A stretch of 64,000 bases of DNA from Chthoniobacterales bacterium (lineage in GTDB: Bacteria > Verrucomicrobiota > Verrucomicrobiia > Chthoniobacterales > JAATET01): NCBI GenBank assembly GCA_036569045.1, contig DATCRI010000077.1:24916-88915 (forward strand), read 5' to 3'. The notes beneath the pieces were generated by a model. It did not search any database. It was given only the letters and a program-made list of their open reading frames with translations, and was not told where the DNA came from. Made by a program: the position numbers and the translations under genes. Shown piece after piece: positions 31,177-40,599 of this stretch. Numbering within the stretch: position 1 is the stretch's first letter; each line of letters begins with the position of its first letter.

Positions 31177-32036
31177 TCGAGCGCGGGCTTTTTCTTCTCA
31201 AGGCCTCCCGCCCGGGCCTGTGGTTTCAGACGCTCTGGCTTTACACGCTTCCCCTCGCGACCTCGCATCGCGTGGGCGACGCCGCCTTCTGGCTCGGCTT
31301 CGCCTTCGTCCTGCTCCCGCTCAACCTCCTCGTCTACGGCTGGAACGATCTGGTCGATCGCGAGACCGACGCGATCAATCCCCGGAAGGATAGCTATCTT
31401 TTCGGTGCGCGCGGCACGCCGGCGCAACTCGCGACTCTGCCGCTCGCCATCGCGGCCATCAACGCCCCGTTCTTCCTCGTCTTCGTGATCCTGCGAGGCG
31501 GCATCATGGCCGCCATCCTCGCCGGCATGGTGCTCACGGTTGCGCTCTACAATCTCCCGCGGCACGGATTGCGCGGCCGTCCTCCGCTCGAGCTGCTCAA
31601 CCAGTTCGGCTACCTGCTCATTCTCCCGTTCGCGATCGTTCTGAACGATGTTCCCCCGCTTCCCTGGCAATCCGTCGCCTACCTCGCGCTATTCTGCACC
31701 CACGCCCATCTCATGGGCGAGATCATGGACGTCACTCCCGATCGTGAGGCTGGCCGCCGCACCACCGCGACCGTTCTCGGCATCATCCCGGTCAAACTCA
31801 TCTGCCTGGTCCTCGTTCTCGCGGAGGCGTTCCTCCTGTGGATCGTCTTTCGTGATCACGTCCTCGGCACCTTCCTCCTGCTCGGCGCGGGCTGGCTCGT
31901 CTTCGATCTGTTCGCCTTCCGCGATCGCTCGTATTCCCAAAGCCAGTTCCTGCTCTTCGGCGCGGGACTCAACCTCTCCGGCTTTGCGAGCATGGCGTGG
32001 GTCTGGGCCACCGGCACCCTCACCCGTCTGCCTTGA
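31173..32036 (+). CDS. UbiA-family prenyltransferase
   Basis: Polytopic membrane protein. First Asp-rich motif WNDLVDRETDAINPRK, second MDVTPDREAGRRT. The GTG start overlaps the upstream stop (GTGA). Confidence 0.8.
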   Translation: MIERGLFLLKASRPGLWFQTLWLYTLPLATSHRVGDAAFWLGFAFVLLPLNLLVYGWNDLVDRETDAINPRKDSYLFGARGTPAQLATLPLAIAAINAPFFLVFVILRGGIMAAILAGMVLTVALYNLPRHGLRGRPPLELLNQFGYLLILPFAIVLNDVPPLPWQSVAYLALFCTHAHLMGEIMDVTPDREAGRRTTATVLGIIPVKLICLVLVLAEAFLLWIVFRDHVLGTFLLLGAGWLVFDLFAFRDRSYSQSQFLLFGAGLNLSGFASMAWVWATGTLTRLP

Positions 32037-32099
32037 CCCGGCCGCAGTTGCGCCAACTTCGCCGTCGCGTCGCCGCGATCTCTGCGCGACATTAGCTCC

Positions 32100-32948
32100 A
32101 TGCTCATCGACACCCACGCGCACCTTGACTACCCCGACTTTGCGGACGATCTCGACGGCGTGATCGCCCGGGCTCGCGAGGCCGGCGTCACCCGCATCAT
32201 CACCATCGGCACCGGCGTCGAGAGCAGCCGTCGCGCCGTCGCGCTGGCCGAGCGTTTCGACAATATCTTCGCCGTCGTGGGTCTCCATCCCACGAACGTC
32301 CTCGACGAGCCCGGAGACTTCCTTCCCGCGCTGCGCGAACTCGCCGCCCACCCGAAAGTTGCCGCCATTGGCGAGACCGGCCTCGATTACCACCGCCTCC
32401 CGAGCGAATCCCTCACGACCTCTCCCGCCATCGCCGCGATGCAGGCCGAGGTTCCCGAAGACGCGCAGGCCGCCGTGATGGACGGCGCCTACAAGGCCGC
32501 CCAGGCCGACGCCTTTCGCGCCCAGCTCGACCTCGCCGCGGAACTCGGCCTGAACGTCGTGATCCACCAGCGTAGCGCGTGGGACGACACGATCGAGCTC
32601 CTCCGCCCCTACACCGGCCGCCTGCGCGGCGTCTTCCATTGCTTCGGAAATCTGCCCGAGCAGGCCGCGGAGATCGCCGCCATGGGGCATCTCGTCTCCT
32701 TCACCGGCATTATCACATTCAAGAATGCCGCCCTCGTGCGCGAGGTCGCCGCCGCCGCGCCGGCCGATGGCTACATGGTCGAGACCGACTGCCCGTATCT
32801 CGCGCCCGTCCCGCACCGCGGCTCGCGCTGCGAACCGGCGCACACCCGGCTCGTCGCCGAAAAAGTCGCCGAGGTCCGCGGCATCTCGCTCGAGGAACTT
32901 GCCACCGTCACCACCCGCACGGCCGAGGCATTTTTCCGTCTTCGCTAA
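32100..32948 (+). CDS. TatD-family metal-dependent hydrolase
   Basis: [37 protein letters not shown]. Confidence 0.9.
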   Translation: MLIDTHAHLDYPDFADDLDGVIARAREAGVTRIITIGTGVESSRRAVALAERFDNIFAVVGLHPTNVLDEPGDFLPALRELAAHPKVAAIGETGLDYHRLPSESLTTSPAIAAMQAEVPEDAQAAVMDGAYKAAQADAFRAQLDLAAELGLNVVIHQRSAWDDTIELLRPYTGRLRGVFHCFGNLPEQAAEIAAMGHLVSFTGIITFKNAALVREVAAAAPADGYMVETDCPYLAPVPHRGSRCEPAHTRLVAEKVAEVRGISLEELATVTTRTAEAFFRLR

Positions 32949-33000
32949 ACCCGCGACAGAACTGCTCGCCGCCTCGCAAATTTTCGGCCAGCATCCGCTC

Positions 33001-33744
33001 ATGAAGCTGCTCGGCATCGACATTGGAGGCACCGGCATCAAAGGCGCGCCGGTGGACGTGGAAACCGGCACCCTCCTCGCAGAACGCTTCCGAATTCCCA
33101 CGCCGCAGCCCTCGCTGCCAAACGCCGTCGCCGACGTCGTCGGCCAGATCGCCGCGCATTTCGATTACCAAGGCCCGACCGGCGTCACCTTCCCCGCCAT
33201 CGTCAAGAAAGGCGTCATTTTCTCGGCCGCGAACGTCGATAAATCCTGGATCGGCACCAACGCAAACGAACTTTTTTCCTCGCACGTGGGCGGTCCGGCG
33301 GAAGTCGTGAACGACGCCGATGCCGCAGGCATTGCGGAGATGCGCTTCGGCGCCGGGCGCGATCGCGGGGGCGTCGTCATCATGCTCACGCTCGGCACCG
33401 GCATCGGCTCTGCCATTTTCCTCGACGGCAAACTCCTGCCGAACTCGGAATTTGGTCACCTCAAGATGCGCGGCAAGGACGCCGAGAAACGCTGCTCGGA
33501 AAAAGTGCGCGAGGACAAGAAGCTCACGTGGAAAGCCTGGTCGAAGCACTTCAGCCAGTATCTCAACGAGCTCGAGCTCCTCTTCTCGCCCGACCTTTTC
33601 ATCATCGGCGGCGGCGCAAGCAAGAAGGCCTCGAAATTTCTGCCCTTCCTCACGACGAAGACCGAGGTGCTCATCGTCCCGGCGCAGATGCAGAACGAAG
33701 CCGGCATCATCGGCGCTGCCTATCTCGCCCGGCACCTCGTCTGA
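33001..33744 (+). CDS. ppgK: ROK-family polyphosphate glucokinase
   Basis: [40 protein letters not shown]. The ~247 aa length is typical of PPGK. Confidence 0.8.
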   Translation: MKLLGIDIGGTGIKGAPVDVETGTLLAERFRIPTPQPSLPNAVADVVGQIAAHFDYQGPTGVTFPAIVKKGVIFSAANVDKSWIGTNANELFSSHVGGPAEVVNDADAAGIAEMRFGAGRDRGGVVIMLTLGTGIGSAIFLDGKLLPNSEFGHLKMRGKDAEKRCSEKVREDKKLTWKAWSKHFSQYLNELELLFSPDLFIIGGGASKKASKFLPFLTTKTEVLIVPAQMQNEAGIIGAAYLARHLV

Positions 33745-33756
33745 TTTTGCGCGACC

Positions 33757-34248
33757 ATGCCGACGTTTGACATCGTCTCCGAAGTGGACCGCATGGAGGT
33801 GAAGAACGCCCTCGACCACGCCACGAAGGAACTCTCGAACCGCTTCGACTTCAAGGGCGTGAAGGCGACGATCGAACTCGATCCCAAGAGCGGCTCGATC
33901 AAGCTCACGACCGACGACGGCGAGCACATGAAGCCGCTGCGCACGATCGTCATGGAGAAGCTCGCCAAGCGCGGCGTCGACCTGCGCAACGTCGAGGCCA
34001 AGGATGCCGACATCTCGCCGCTCGGCCATTCTCGCCAGGAACTCGCCATCAAGCAGGGCCTCGACGGCGACAAGGCCAGGACGATCACCCAGGCCATCAA
34101 GGCCCAGGGCTGGAAGGTGCAGGCGTCTTTGCAGGATCGAAAAATCCGCGTGACCGGCGCCAAACGCGACGACCTCCAGAAGGTGATCGGGTTTCTTCGC
34201 AGCGGCGACTACGGCGTCGCGCTGGCGTTCGAAAACTTCCGCGACTGA
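33757..34248 (+). CDS. yajQ: YajQ-family nucleotide-binding protein
   Basis: MPTFDIVSEVDRMEVKNALDHATKELSNRFDFKG is the canonical YajQ N-terminus. Confidence 0.9.
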   Translation: MPTFDIVSEVDRMEVKNALDHATKELSNRFDFKGVKATIELDPKSGSIKLTTDDGEHMKPLRTIVMEKLAKRGVDLRNVEAKDADISPLGHSRQELAIKQGLDGDKARTITQAIKAQGWKVQASLQDRKIRVTGAKRDDLQKVIGFLRSGDYGVALAFENFRD

Positions 34249-34919
34249 TCGACGGCCGCCCGCCGCACGAACCCGATTGCGCCCGTGGCGACACACGCCA
34301 GCGCGAGGATCTGATAGCCGGTGAGCCCGCCAAACGCGCGCGGCGTGTCGCGGACAAATTCGTGCAGGAAGCGAAACGTTCCGTAGGCGATGAGGTAGAG
34401 GTGAAAATGCTGGCCTGGCAAAATCCCCCGTCGTCGCATTCCGAAAAAAATCCCGGCCGCGAGAAGATTGAAGCCAATTTCCATCGGCACCGCCGGCCAG
34501 CGCAGAATGCTGGCGCGATCCGGCAGCGCACAGACCCCATTCCACGGCGCCCCCAGACAACAGCCGGCGCGCAAACAGCCAATGCGCCCGAGCGCAATGC
34601 CGAGAGGGACCACCGTGGCAAACCAATCGCCAGTCGGCGCCTGGTAGCCGAGCGCGCGCTTGAGAATCTCCACGGTGAAGTAGCCGCCGAGCAGCCCCCC
34701 CAGAATGGTTTTGCCGGTGACGAGGGCGAGCCAGAACTGCGACGCGCCGAGCATTTGCCAGCCTTCCGCAAAGAACCAGCCGAGCTTCGCACCGGCGAGG
34801 GCTCCGAACAACGCACCGAGGTAAAGCAGGAAGAGCCGATGATCGCGACGCGCCAGGCGAAACCAGAACCAGCCGGAGAGAGAGATCGCGGCAAGCAGAG
34901 CCACGGAATACGCGTTCAC
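34209..34919 (-). CDS. prolipoprotein diacylglyceryl transferase family protein (short, GCC-variant)
   Basis: Polytopic. Contains GKTILGGLLGGY, LGRIGCLRAGCCLG, HLYLIAYGTFRFLHEF. GTG 34919 chosen because it overlaps the upstream TGA (GTGA) and the longer N-terminus is Arg/His-rich. Confidence 0.75.
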   Translation of the reverse strand: MNAYSVALLAAISLSGWFWFRLARRDHRLFLLYLGALFGALAGAKLGWFFAEGWQMLGASQFWLALVTGKTILGGLLGGYFTVEILKRALGYQAPTGDWFATVVPLGIALGRIGCLRAGCCLGAPWNGVCALPDRASILRWPAVPMEIGFNLLAAGIFFGMRRRGILPGQHFHLYLIAYGTFRFLHEFVRDTPRAFGGLTGYQILALACVATGAIGFVRRAAVDQSRKFSNASATP

Positions 34920-36283
34920 GGCGCGCAGCAGGTGCCGGGGAAGCCCGAGTAGTAGCGGCAGAAGGAGTCGAGTTTGCCATCCTCGCGGATGACGTGCGTG
35001 CAGCAGCGATCGATGCGGTCCTGATCCCACGTAAAGGCGTCCATGAACGGCTTCACGAACAGGCGGAAGGCATTGGACTCATCGAGCTCGAACTGGCGCA
35101 GCAAATCTCCCAGCGGCTCGTTCTCACAGCCGCAGCGCGTGAGGTCCTCGAGCGAATAGCGCACCTTGTCGCGAAGAAAATCCTGCACGGCGTGAAAATC
35201 CACGAACTCGCTCACCGAGCGCACTTCGCCCTCGAGCCGGAGGAGATAGCCGATCGTGGCGCAATTGGGATCGCCGCACGGCAGCGGCGTGAAGTCCGAG
35301 GGGCCGAGCTTTCCGCCGGAGTGCTCGATGAGCGACAGGATCACGTCCGCCGTATTGATCGGCTCGTGCGTGGCGGCCTCGATCACGGAACGGCGGCCGC
35401 TCGTGAAGAACGGTTGGTAGCTGACGCCGCGCACGTGCGGATAGCGCAGGCCGAATTCCGCGGTCGCCCAAAGGTTGCCAAGGTTGGCGCGCGTGACCGT
35501 CATGGCCAGCGTGACCGGGAGCCCGATCGCCTCGCAGCGTTCCAGCGCCCGCTCCCGCAAGGCCCGGAGATCCGCACCGCGCAATTCCCGCTGGCCGTCG
35601 GCAAGCGTGCCATCGAACTGAAGATAGACCTGGATGTGCTTCCTCGCGGCGGCTTCGGCCATGCCGGCGAGAAACTCGTCGTCACGCGCGAGGCGCACGC
35701 CATTCGTATTCACCAGCACATAGCGAATACCGGGATGCGCCTGCGCCCAGGCGAGAAGTTCGAGGAATTGCGGATGGAGCGTGGGCTCGCCACCGGAAAG
35801 CTGAAGAATGTCGATCTCGCCTTTCCGGGCGATCACCCCCTCGATGCGCGCCTTGATCTTCTCGAGGGGAGCGGCCTTCACGGCACTCTCGTGCGGCGAG
35901 TCCGCATAGCACACGGGGCAGGCGAGATTGCAGGACTCGACAATTTCGATGAGCGCGAGACAGGTGGCGAGCTTCTCGAACGGCCCCTCGCCGCGCCCGG
36001 AGGCATTGCGGCCGAGCGTGCCGGGATTGCCGTCATCGGAGGCGCAGCACGCGGAGCCGGGCGAGCAGCACGAGTTTTCGGGATCGCCCTGCGCAAGCCA
36101 GTAAAAACGGGCGTCGGTGGCGATGCGAGTTTCCGTCACGCCGTGCTCATCGCATCTGCGGCGCATGAAAACGGCACCGTCACGGCGAACGACGACCGCC
36201 GGGCAATCCGCGAGGCATACCGGGCAGCGGCCCCGGGTGCGCTTGAGTTCGGTCAGAACCGGAATGGGGATCGGAGCGCTCAT
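34916..36283 (-). CDS. radical SAM enzyme with N-terminal zinc-ribbon and extra Cys clusters (MJ0619/Tes-like architecture)
   Basis: 455 aa from MSAPIPIPVL. Contains CPVC...CDEHG, NSCCSPGSACCAS, the radical SAM triad CNLACPVC, SGGEPTLHP, and a Cys-rich C-terminus (CGC, DRCCTHV, SFC, GTCC). Confidence 0.85.
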   Translation of the reverse strand: MSAPIPIPVLTELKRTRGRCPVCLADCPAVVVRRDGAVFMRRRCDEHGVTETRIATDARFYWLAQGDPENSCCSPGSACCASDDGNPGTLGRNASGRGEGPFEKLATCLALIEIVESCNLACPVCYADSPHESAVKAAPLEKIKARIEGVIARKGEIDILQLSGGEPTLHPQFLELLAWAQAHPGIRYVLVNTNGVRLARDDEFLAGMAEAAARKHIQVYLQFDGTLADGQRELRGADLRALRERALERCEAIGLPVTLAMTVTRANLGNLWATAEFGLRYPHVRGVSYQPFFTSGRRSVIEAATHEPINTADVILSLIEHSGGKLGPSDFTPLPCGDPNCATIGYLLRLEGEVRSVSEFVDFHAVQDFLRDKVRYSLEDLTRCGCENEPLGDLLRQFELDESNAFRLFVKPFMDAFTWDQDRIDRCCTHVIREDGKLDSFCRYYSGFPGTCCAP

Positions 36284-36567
36284 CCGTGAACGGCGAGGAC
36301 GAACGTGCATCCCCCCACTCCGACCACGAGGTGCACGAGCAACATCCCGAAGGCCATCGCGATGGCAATCATCACGCGGTTCAGGGGATGGACGGCGAGA
36401 ACCATGGCGACCGCGAAGGCCAGGCCGAGCAGGAGCGCGACATACATCACGAGCGCCACTCCGATTCCGTCGCCGTTCGACCAGATGACCACCGGAATCG
36501 CCAGCAGCGGGAGGAAGAAGAGCGCCAGGAGGCGGAGCAGCAGAGGCCGTCGGGAATTCTCGGGCAT
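36280..36567 (-). CDS. small three-helix membrane protein (hypothetical)
   Basis: 95 aa and strongly hydrophobic. Its TGA overlaps the ATG of the radical SAM gene (ATGA). Confidence 0.55.
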   Translation of the reverse strand: MPENSRRPLLLRLLALFFLPLLAIPVVIWSNGDGIGVALVMYVALLLGLAFAVAMVLAVHPLNRVMIAIAMAFGMLLVHLVVGVGGCTFVLAVHG

Positions 36568-36651
36568 GGGGAATGCCTAGCGAATCGCCGCCCAAACGAA
36601 AAGCTCCGCGCGTGGCCGCTCGCTCGAGCGCCAGCCGGCCGCGCGCGGGAA

Positions 36652-37302
36652 TCAGGCCGCGATCCGGTCGCCGGGCTCGGCGATCTCCCGAAAGCGGAAC
36701 CGCTCGTGGTATTTTCCGTCGTTGTGCTTGCGACAGCACTTGATGCAGGCGACGCGCGATTTCACGGCGCGCACGCGGGCCATCACGGTGAGGCACTCGG
36801 GGCACTGGTAGAAAAACCGGCGCGTCATCCGACGGGATTTGAAAGGGAGCTCGTGGCAGCGCTTTTCGTCGGGAATTCCGAGATCGGCGCAGGCCTGCTG
36901 CCACTCCGGTCCGTGTGCCGTGATCCGGCGACGACCGGCCCGTGCATGGGCGACGAGGTGCGCCAGTTCGTGGCGCAGGGTGCGTTGCACTTCCCCGGCG
37001 GAAATTTCGATGAGCTTCGGATTCAGGATCACTCGTTTCGTGCGGAAACAGGCGACGCCGGCCGTGGTGCGCATGCGGGGATTCCAGAGCACGGAGAGTT
37101 CCTTCGCGAGGCGGTGGCAGCCGACGCGTTTCACGAGCATGCGGGCGACTTCTTCGAGAATGGGGTCGCGGCGCAGAGCGGTCTCCGTGCGGGCACGCTG
37201 GCGCGGCGCAATGGCCGCCGCGGTAAGCCGGGGCAGCAGATTGATCTGCCGCAGGAGGTCGCGGCCGAAATTGAAGGCAAGCTGGCGGGGTGCGGGACTC
37301 AT
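36652..37302 (-). CDS. SprT-like zinc metalloprotease domain protein
   Basis: HELAHLVAH (HExxH) followed by a C-terminal zinc ribbon CPEC...CIKCC. ATGA overlap with the desulfurase gene. Confidence 0.75.
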   Translation of the reverse strand: MSPAPRQLAFNFGRDLLRQINLLPRLTAAAIAPRQRARTETALRRDPILEEVARMLVKRVGCHRLAKELSVLWNPRMRTTAGVACFRTKRVILNPKLIEISAGEVQRTLRHELAHLVAHARAGRRRITAHGPEWQQACADLGIPDEKRCHELPFKSRRMTRRFFYQCPECLTVMARVRAVKSRVACIKCCRKHNDGKYHERFRFREIAEPGDRIAA

Positions 37303-38456
37303 GCTTCTTGCGTGGGTTGGGTCAGTTTTTGTCGTTCGAGCACTCGGGCGAGCGCGGTCAGCGCCGCTTCAATTTCAGCGCCGGTCGTCGATTTGCCCAA
37401 TGAAAATCTTACCGTAGCCTGAGCGATCTTTTCCGGCACCCCCATGGCCAGCAAAACGTGCGACGGCTGGACGGAACCGACCATGCAGGCGGACCCGCTG
37501 GAAACGCTCACCCCCTCCATGTCCAGCCCGATGAGCAGCGTCTCCCCGTCGGCCCCCGGAAAGCTGACGCTCAACGTGTTAGCCAAAGTTTGCTCGGGAT
37601 CGCCGTTGCGGACGGCGGTCGGAAATTCGGTGCGAATTCCCTCCCAAAGCCAGTCGCGCAACTCCCGCTGGCGATCCTGCTCGACGTCGACGCTGGCGAC
37701 CGCGGCCTCGGCGGCGGCGGCCAGACCGGCGATGGCGGCCACGTTTTCCGTCCCGGGACGGCGCTGGTTTTCGTGGGCGCCGCCGTGGTGAAGGGTCGTC
37801 AGCGGCAATCCGGCCCGTAAAAACAGCGCGCCCACACCCTTCGGCCCATAAAATTTGTGGGCCGCCAGGGAAATGGCGGCGACGCCCATCTCGTAAGGGC
37901 GGACGGTTTCCTTGCCGAAGGACTGCACCATGTCGCTGTGGAAGAGCACGTTGCGTTCCCGGCAGATGGCGGAAAGCTCCGCAATTGGCTGCAGGGTGCC
38001 CGTCTCGTTGTTGGCAGACATCACGGAGGCGAGCGTGGTGTCCGGGCGAATGGTGGCCGCAAACTCCTCGGGATCGACCCGGCCGGCGCGATCGACGGGC
38101 AGGATCGTGAGTTCGAAGCCGTGGCGCTGCCGAAGAAACTCCATCGCATGAAGGACGGCGTGGTGCTCGGTCGCCACGGTGATGAGATGCCGACCGACGC
38201 CTTCATGGGCCAGCGCGAGCCCGATAAGGGCAAGATTCACGGATTCCGTGCCGCCGCTGGTAAAAATGATCTCGTGCGGACGTCCCCCGACGAGGGCGGC
38301 GAGCCGGTCGCGGGCATCATCGATCGCCGCTCGAGCGCGCCGGCCCGGGGCATGGATGCTCGACGGATTCCCGAACTCTTCGCGCAGAAACGGCAGCATC
38401 GCCTCGAGGGCCTCGGGGCCCAGCGGCGTGGACGCATTGTAATCTAGATAACCCAT
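37299..38456 (-). CDS. cysteine desulfurase (NifS/IscS class)
   Basis: 385 aa from MGYLDYNASTP. PLP-Lys region AHKFYGPKG and active-site loop SSGSAC. Confidence 0.9.
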   Translation of the reverse strand: MGYLDYNASTPLGPEALEAMLPFLREEFGNPSSIHAPGRRARAAIDDARDRLAALVGGRPHEIIFTSGGTESVNLALIGLALAHEGVGRHLITVATEHHAVLHAMEFLRQRHGFELTILPVDRAGRVDPEEFAATIRPDTTLASVMSANNETGTLQPIAELSAICRERNVLFHSDMVQSFGKETVRPYEMGVAAISLAAHKFYGPKGVGALFLRAGLPLTTLHHGGAHENQRRPGTENVAAIAGLAAAAEAAVASVDVEQDRQRELRDWLWEGIRTEFPTAVRNGDPEQTLANTLSVSFPGADGETLLIGLDMEGVSVSSGSACMVGSVQPSHVLLAMGVPEKIAQATVRFSLGKSTTGAEIEAALTALARVLERQKLTQPTQEA

Positions 38457-39355
38457 TCCAATGCGGCGTCGGCCCCCGGGGAATTGCGCTTCGGAAGAAT
38501 CTTCAGCTGGGTTTCTTCGTAAAAGACGAGCGAGCGGGCCGGCACGCTGTGGGTGAGAAAGACGTTTGCGCCGATGGTGCTGTCCGTGCCGATGACGGTA
38601 TCGGCGCCCATGATCGTCGCCCCGGCATACACCGTAACCTCGTCGTGCAGGGTCGGGTGACGGCGCTTGCCCTTCAGGGCCTGACCGCCGGCAAGGGAAC
38701 GCCCGATCAAGGCGACGCCCTGGTAAAGCTTCACGCGATTGCCGATCACGCTCGTTTCGCCGACCACTACGCCCGTGCCGTGATCGATGAAGAAATGCGT
38801 GCCGATTTGCGCGCCGGGGTGGATGTCGATGCCGGTGCGCGAGTGCGCCCATTCGGTCATCATGCGCGGCAGCAGCGGCACCCCGGCCTTGTAGAGCCGA
38901 TGGGCAGACCGCTGGATGGCCACCGCCTCGAGGCCGGGATACGAAAGCACGATCTCCTCGAGGGACAGTGCGGCAGGATCTCCCTCGAAGGCAGCCTCGA
39001 TATCGGTGCGTAAAAGCTCGCGAATGGCGGGCAGCGCCTCGAGAAACCCGGTGAGGATCTCCTGGGCTCGGGATTGCGGGCACTCCGGCTCGGTCGTGCG
39101 CAGACTGCGGCAAATCTGGTCCTCCATGCGGTCGGCAAGGCTCGCGATGCGCGTCCCCGTCAATTCTGCGAGAAAATCGGGGTGGATGGGCTCCTCGTCG
39201 TGGAATCCGGGAAAGAGCAGCTGCAGAAGATCCTCGCAGATCGAGGCAATGGCGCGGGTCGAGGGCAGGTTGAGGCCGTCGGTGTTGTTCATCCCGCCGA
39301 CAGTCTCGTAGGACGCGAGGAGATCCCGCGCGACCCGTTTCAGAGTGCTTTCCAT
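38444..39355 (-). CDS. cysE: serine O-acetyltransferase (long form)
   Basis: 303 aa from MESTLKRV. Left-handed beta-helix hexapeptide repeats (IDHGTGVVVGETSVIGNRVKLYQGVAL). Confidence 0.85.
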   Translation of the reverse strand: MESTLKRVARDLLASYETVGGMNNTDGLNLPSTRAIASICEDLLQLLFPGFHDEEPIHPDFLAELTGTRIASLADRMEDQICRSLRTTEPECPQSRAQEILTGFLEALPAIRELLRTDIEAAFEGDPAALSLEEIVLSYPGLEAVAIQRSAHRLYKAGVPLLPRMMTEWAHSRTGIDIHPGAQIGTHFFIDHGTGVVVGETSVIGNRVKLYQGVALIGRSLAGGQALKGKRRHPTLHDEVTVYAGATIMGADTVIGTDSTIGANVFLTHSVPARSLVFYEETQLKILPKRNSPGADAALEWVI

Positions 39356-39396
39356 TGCGGGCCGAAAATAGGCGCCAGGCGCCGGGGTGTCGAGGA

Positions 39397-40470
39397 TCAC
39401 GCTCCAGGCACGGCCCCGTCGCCGATGTGGCAACGGGTGGCGCGAGTCTCGACGCCGGTGCGCTGGCGGTAAGTGGAAATGATTTTTTCCTCCACGCGAG
39501 TCGCCGCCGCAGAATCCACCGCCGCCACGATCGCGCCGCCAAATCCACCGCCGGTGAGTCGCGCACCATGCACGCCAGGCTGGAGCTGAGCGAGCGCCAC
39601 GAGGAGATCGAGCTCCGGCGTGCTGTTCTCGAAATTCACCCGCGAGCTCTCGTGCGACGCAGCCATCAATCGCCCGAAAGCCGCGATATCTCCCGATCGG
39701 AGATGCTCCACCGCCGCGAAAACGCGCTCGTTCTCGCCGATCACATGGGCCGCGCGCCGGCCGACGACATCCGGGAGGTTTGCCGCCGCAAGCTGCGCGG
39801 ACGTGGCGTCGCGCAGCGCCGGCACGCCCAGGAGCCGGGCCGCCTCGAAGCATTCGGCGCGACGTTCGTCATATTCTCCGCCGGTGAGCGCATGCGGCAC
39901 TCCCGATTGCACGACGAGCAGTTCGATGCCTTCGGGAAAGGGAATGCGCTCCACGGTTTCCGCCCGGCAATCCAGATAAATGGCGTGCTGCTTCTGGCCG
40001 AACACCGAAGAAACCTGGTCGAGGAGACCGCAGCCGACGCCGACGAATTCATTCTCCGCGCGCCGCCCGAGCTTCGCGATCTCCAGCGGAGTCATCTCGA
40101 GTTTGAAAAGATCCTTCAGGAAGACCGCGGTCGCGATTTCCATCGCCGCGGAGCTGGAAAGGCCCGTGCCCACCGGAAGCGTCGCCGAGAATTCCGCCTT
40201 GAAGCCGCCGATCTCGACGCCGCTGGCGCGCAGAGTCGCGACGATGCCGAGCGGATAATCGCTCCAGGCGCCCGCACGCTTCAGCGGCTTGCCCGCCGGA
40301 ATCTTCACCTCCGGAAACCCCGCGCTCGCCAGGGAGATCGCGCCATCCTCCGTGCGCTCGCCCTTCACCGTCACGCCCAGATCGAGCGCCGCGGAGAGGA
40401 CGACGCCTTCATTGTAATCCGTGTGATTTCCGAGCAGTTCGACTCGGCCGGGAGCAAACGCAGTAAACAT
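39397..40470 (-). CDS. galK: galactokinase
   Basis: GRVELLGNHTDYNEG signature and GHMP motif PVGTGLSSSAA. Confidence 0.9.
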   Translation of the reverse strand: MFTAFAPGRVELLGNHTDYNEGVVLSAALDLGVTVKGERTEDGAISLASAGFPEVKIPAGKPLKRAGAWSDYPLGIVATLRASGVEIGGFKAEFSATLPVGTGLSSSAAMEIATAVFLKDLFKLEMTPLEIAKLGRRAENEFVGVGCGLLDQVSSVFGQKQHAIYLDCRAETVERIPFPEGIELLVVQSGVPHALTGGEYDERRAECFEAARLLGVPALRDATSAQLAAANLPDVVGRRAAHVIGENERVFAAVEHLRSGDIAAFGRLMAASHESSRVNFENSTPELDLLVALAQLQPGVHGARLTGGGFGGAIVAAVDSAAATRVEEKIISTYRQRTGVETRATRCHIGDGAVPGA

Positions 40471-40599
40471 AAAGTCCGCGAGGCTAGAACGACATCCGCC
40501 CGGCGACCAAGTCCGATTGTTCGCAGGGCGATCTTTTCTTGCGACAACCCGGCCACTTTGCGACCCTCAAGCGAACCTCATCCGAAAGGAATCTTACCC

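Noticed and set aside
36284-36904. Upstream extension of the radical SAM ORF to 662 aa
   Set aside because: The extension is Arg-rich and featureless and overlaps the small membrane-protein gene. The conserved zinc-ribbon N-terminus begins right after the ATG at 36283, which also interlocks with the upstream stop.
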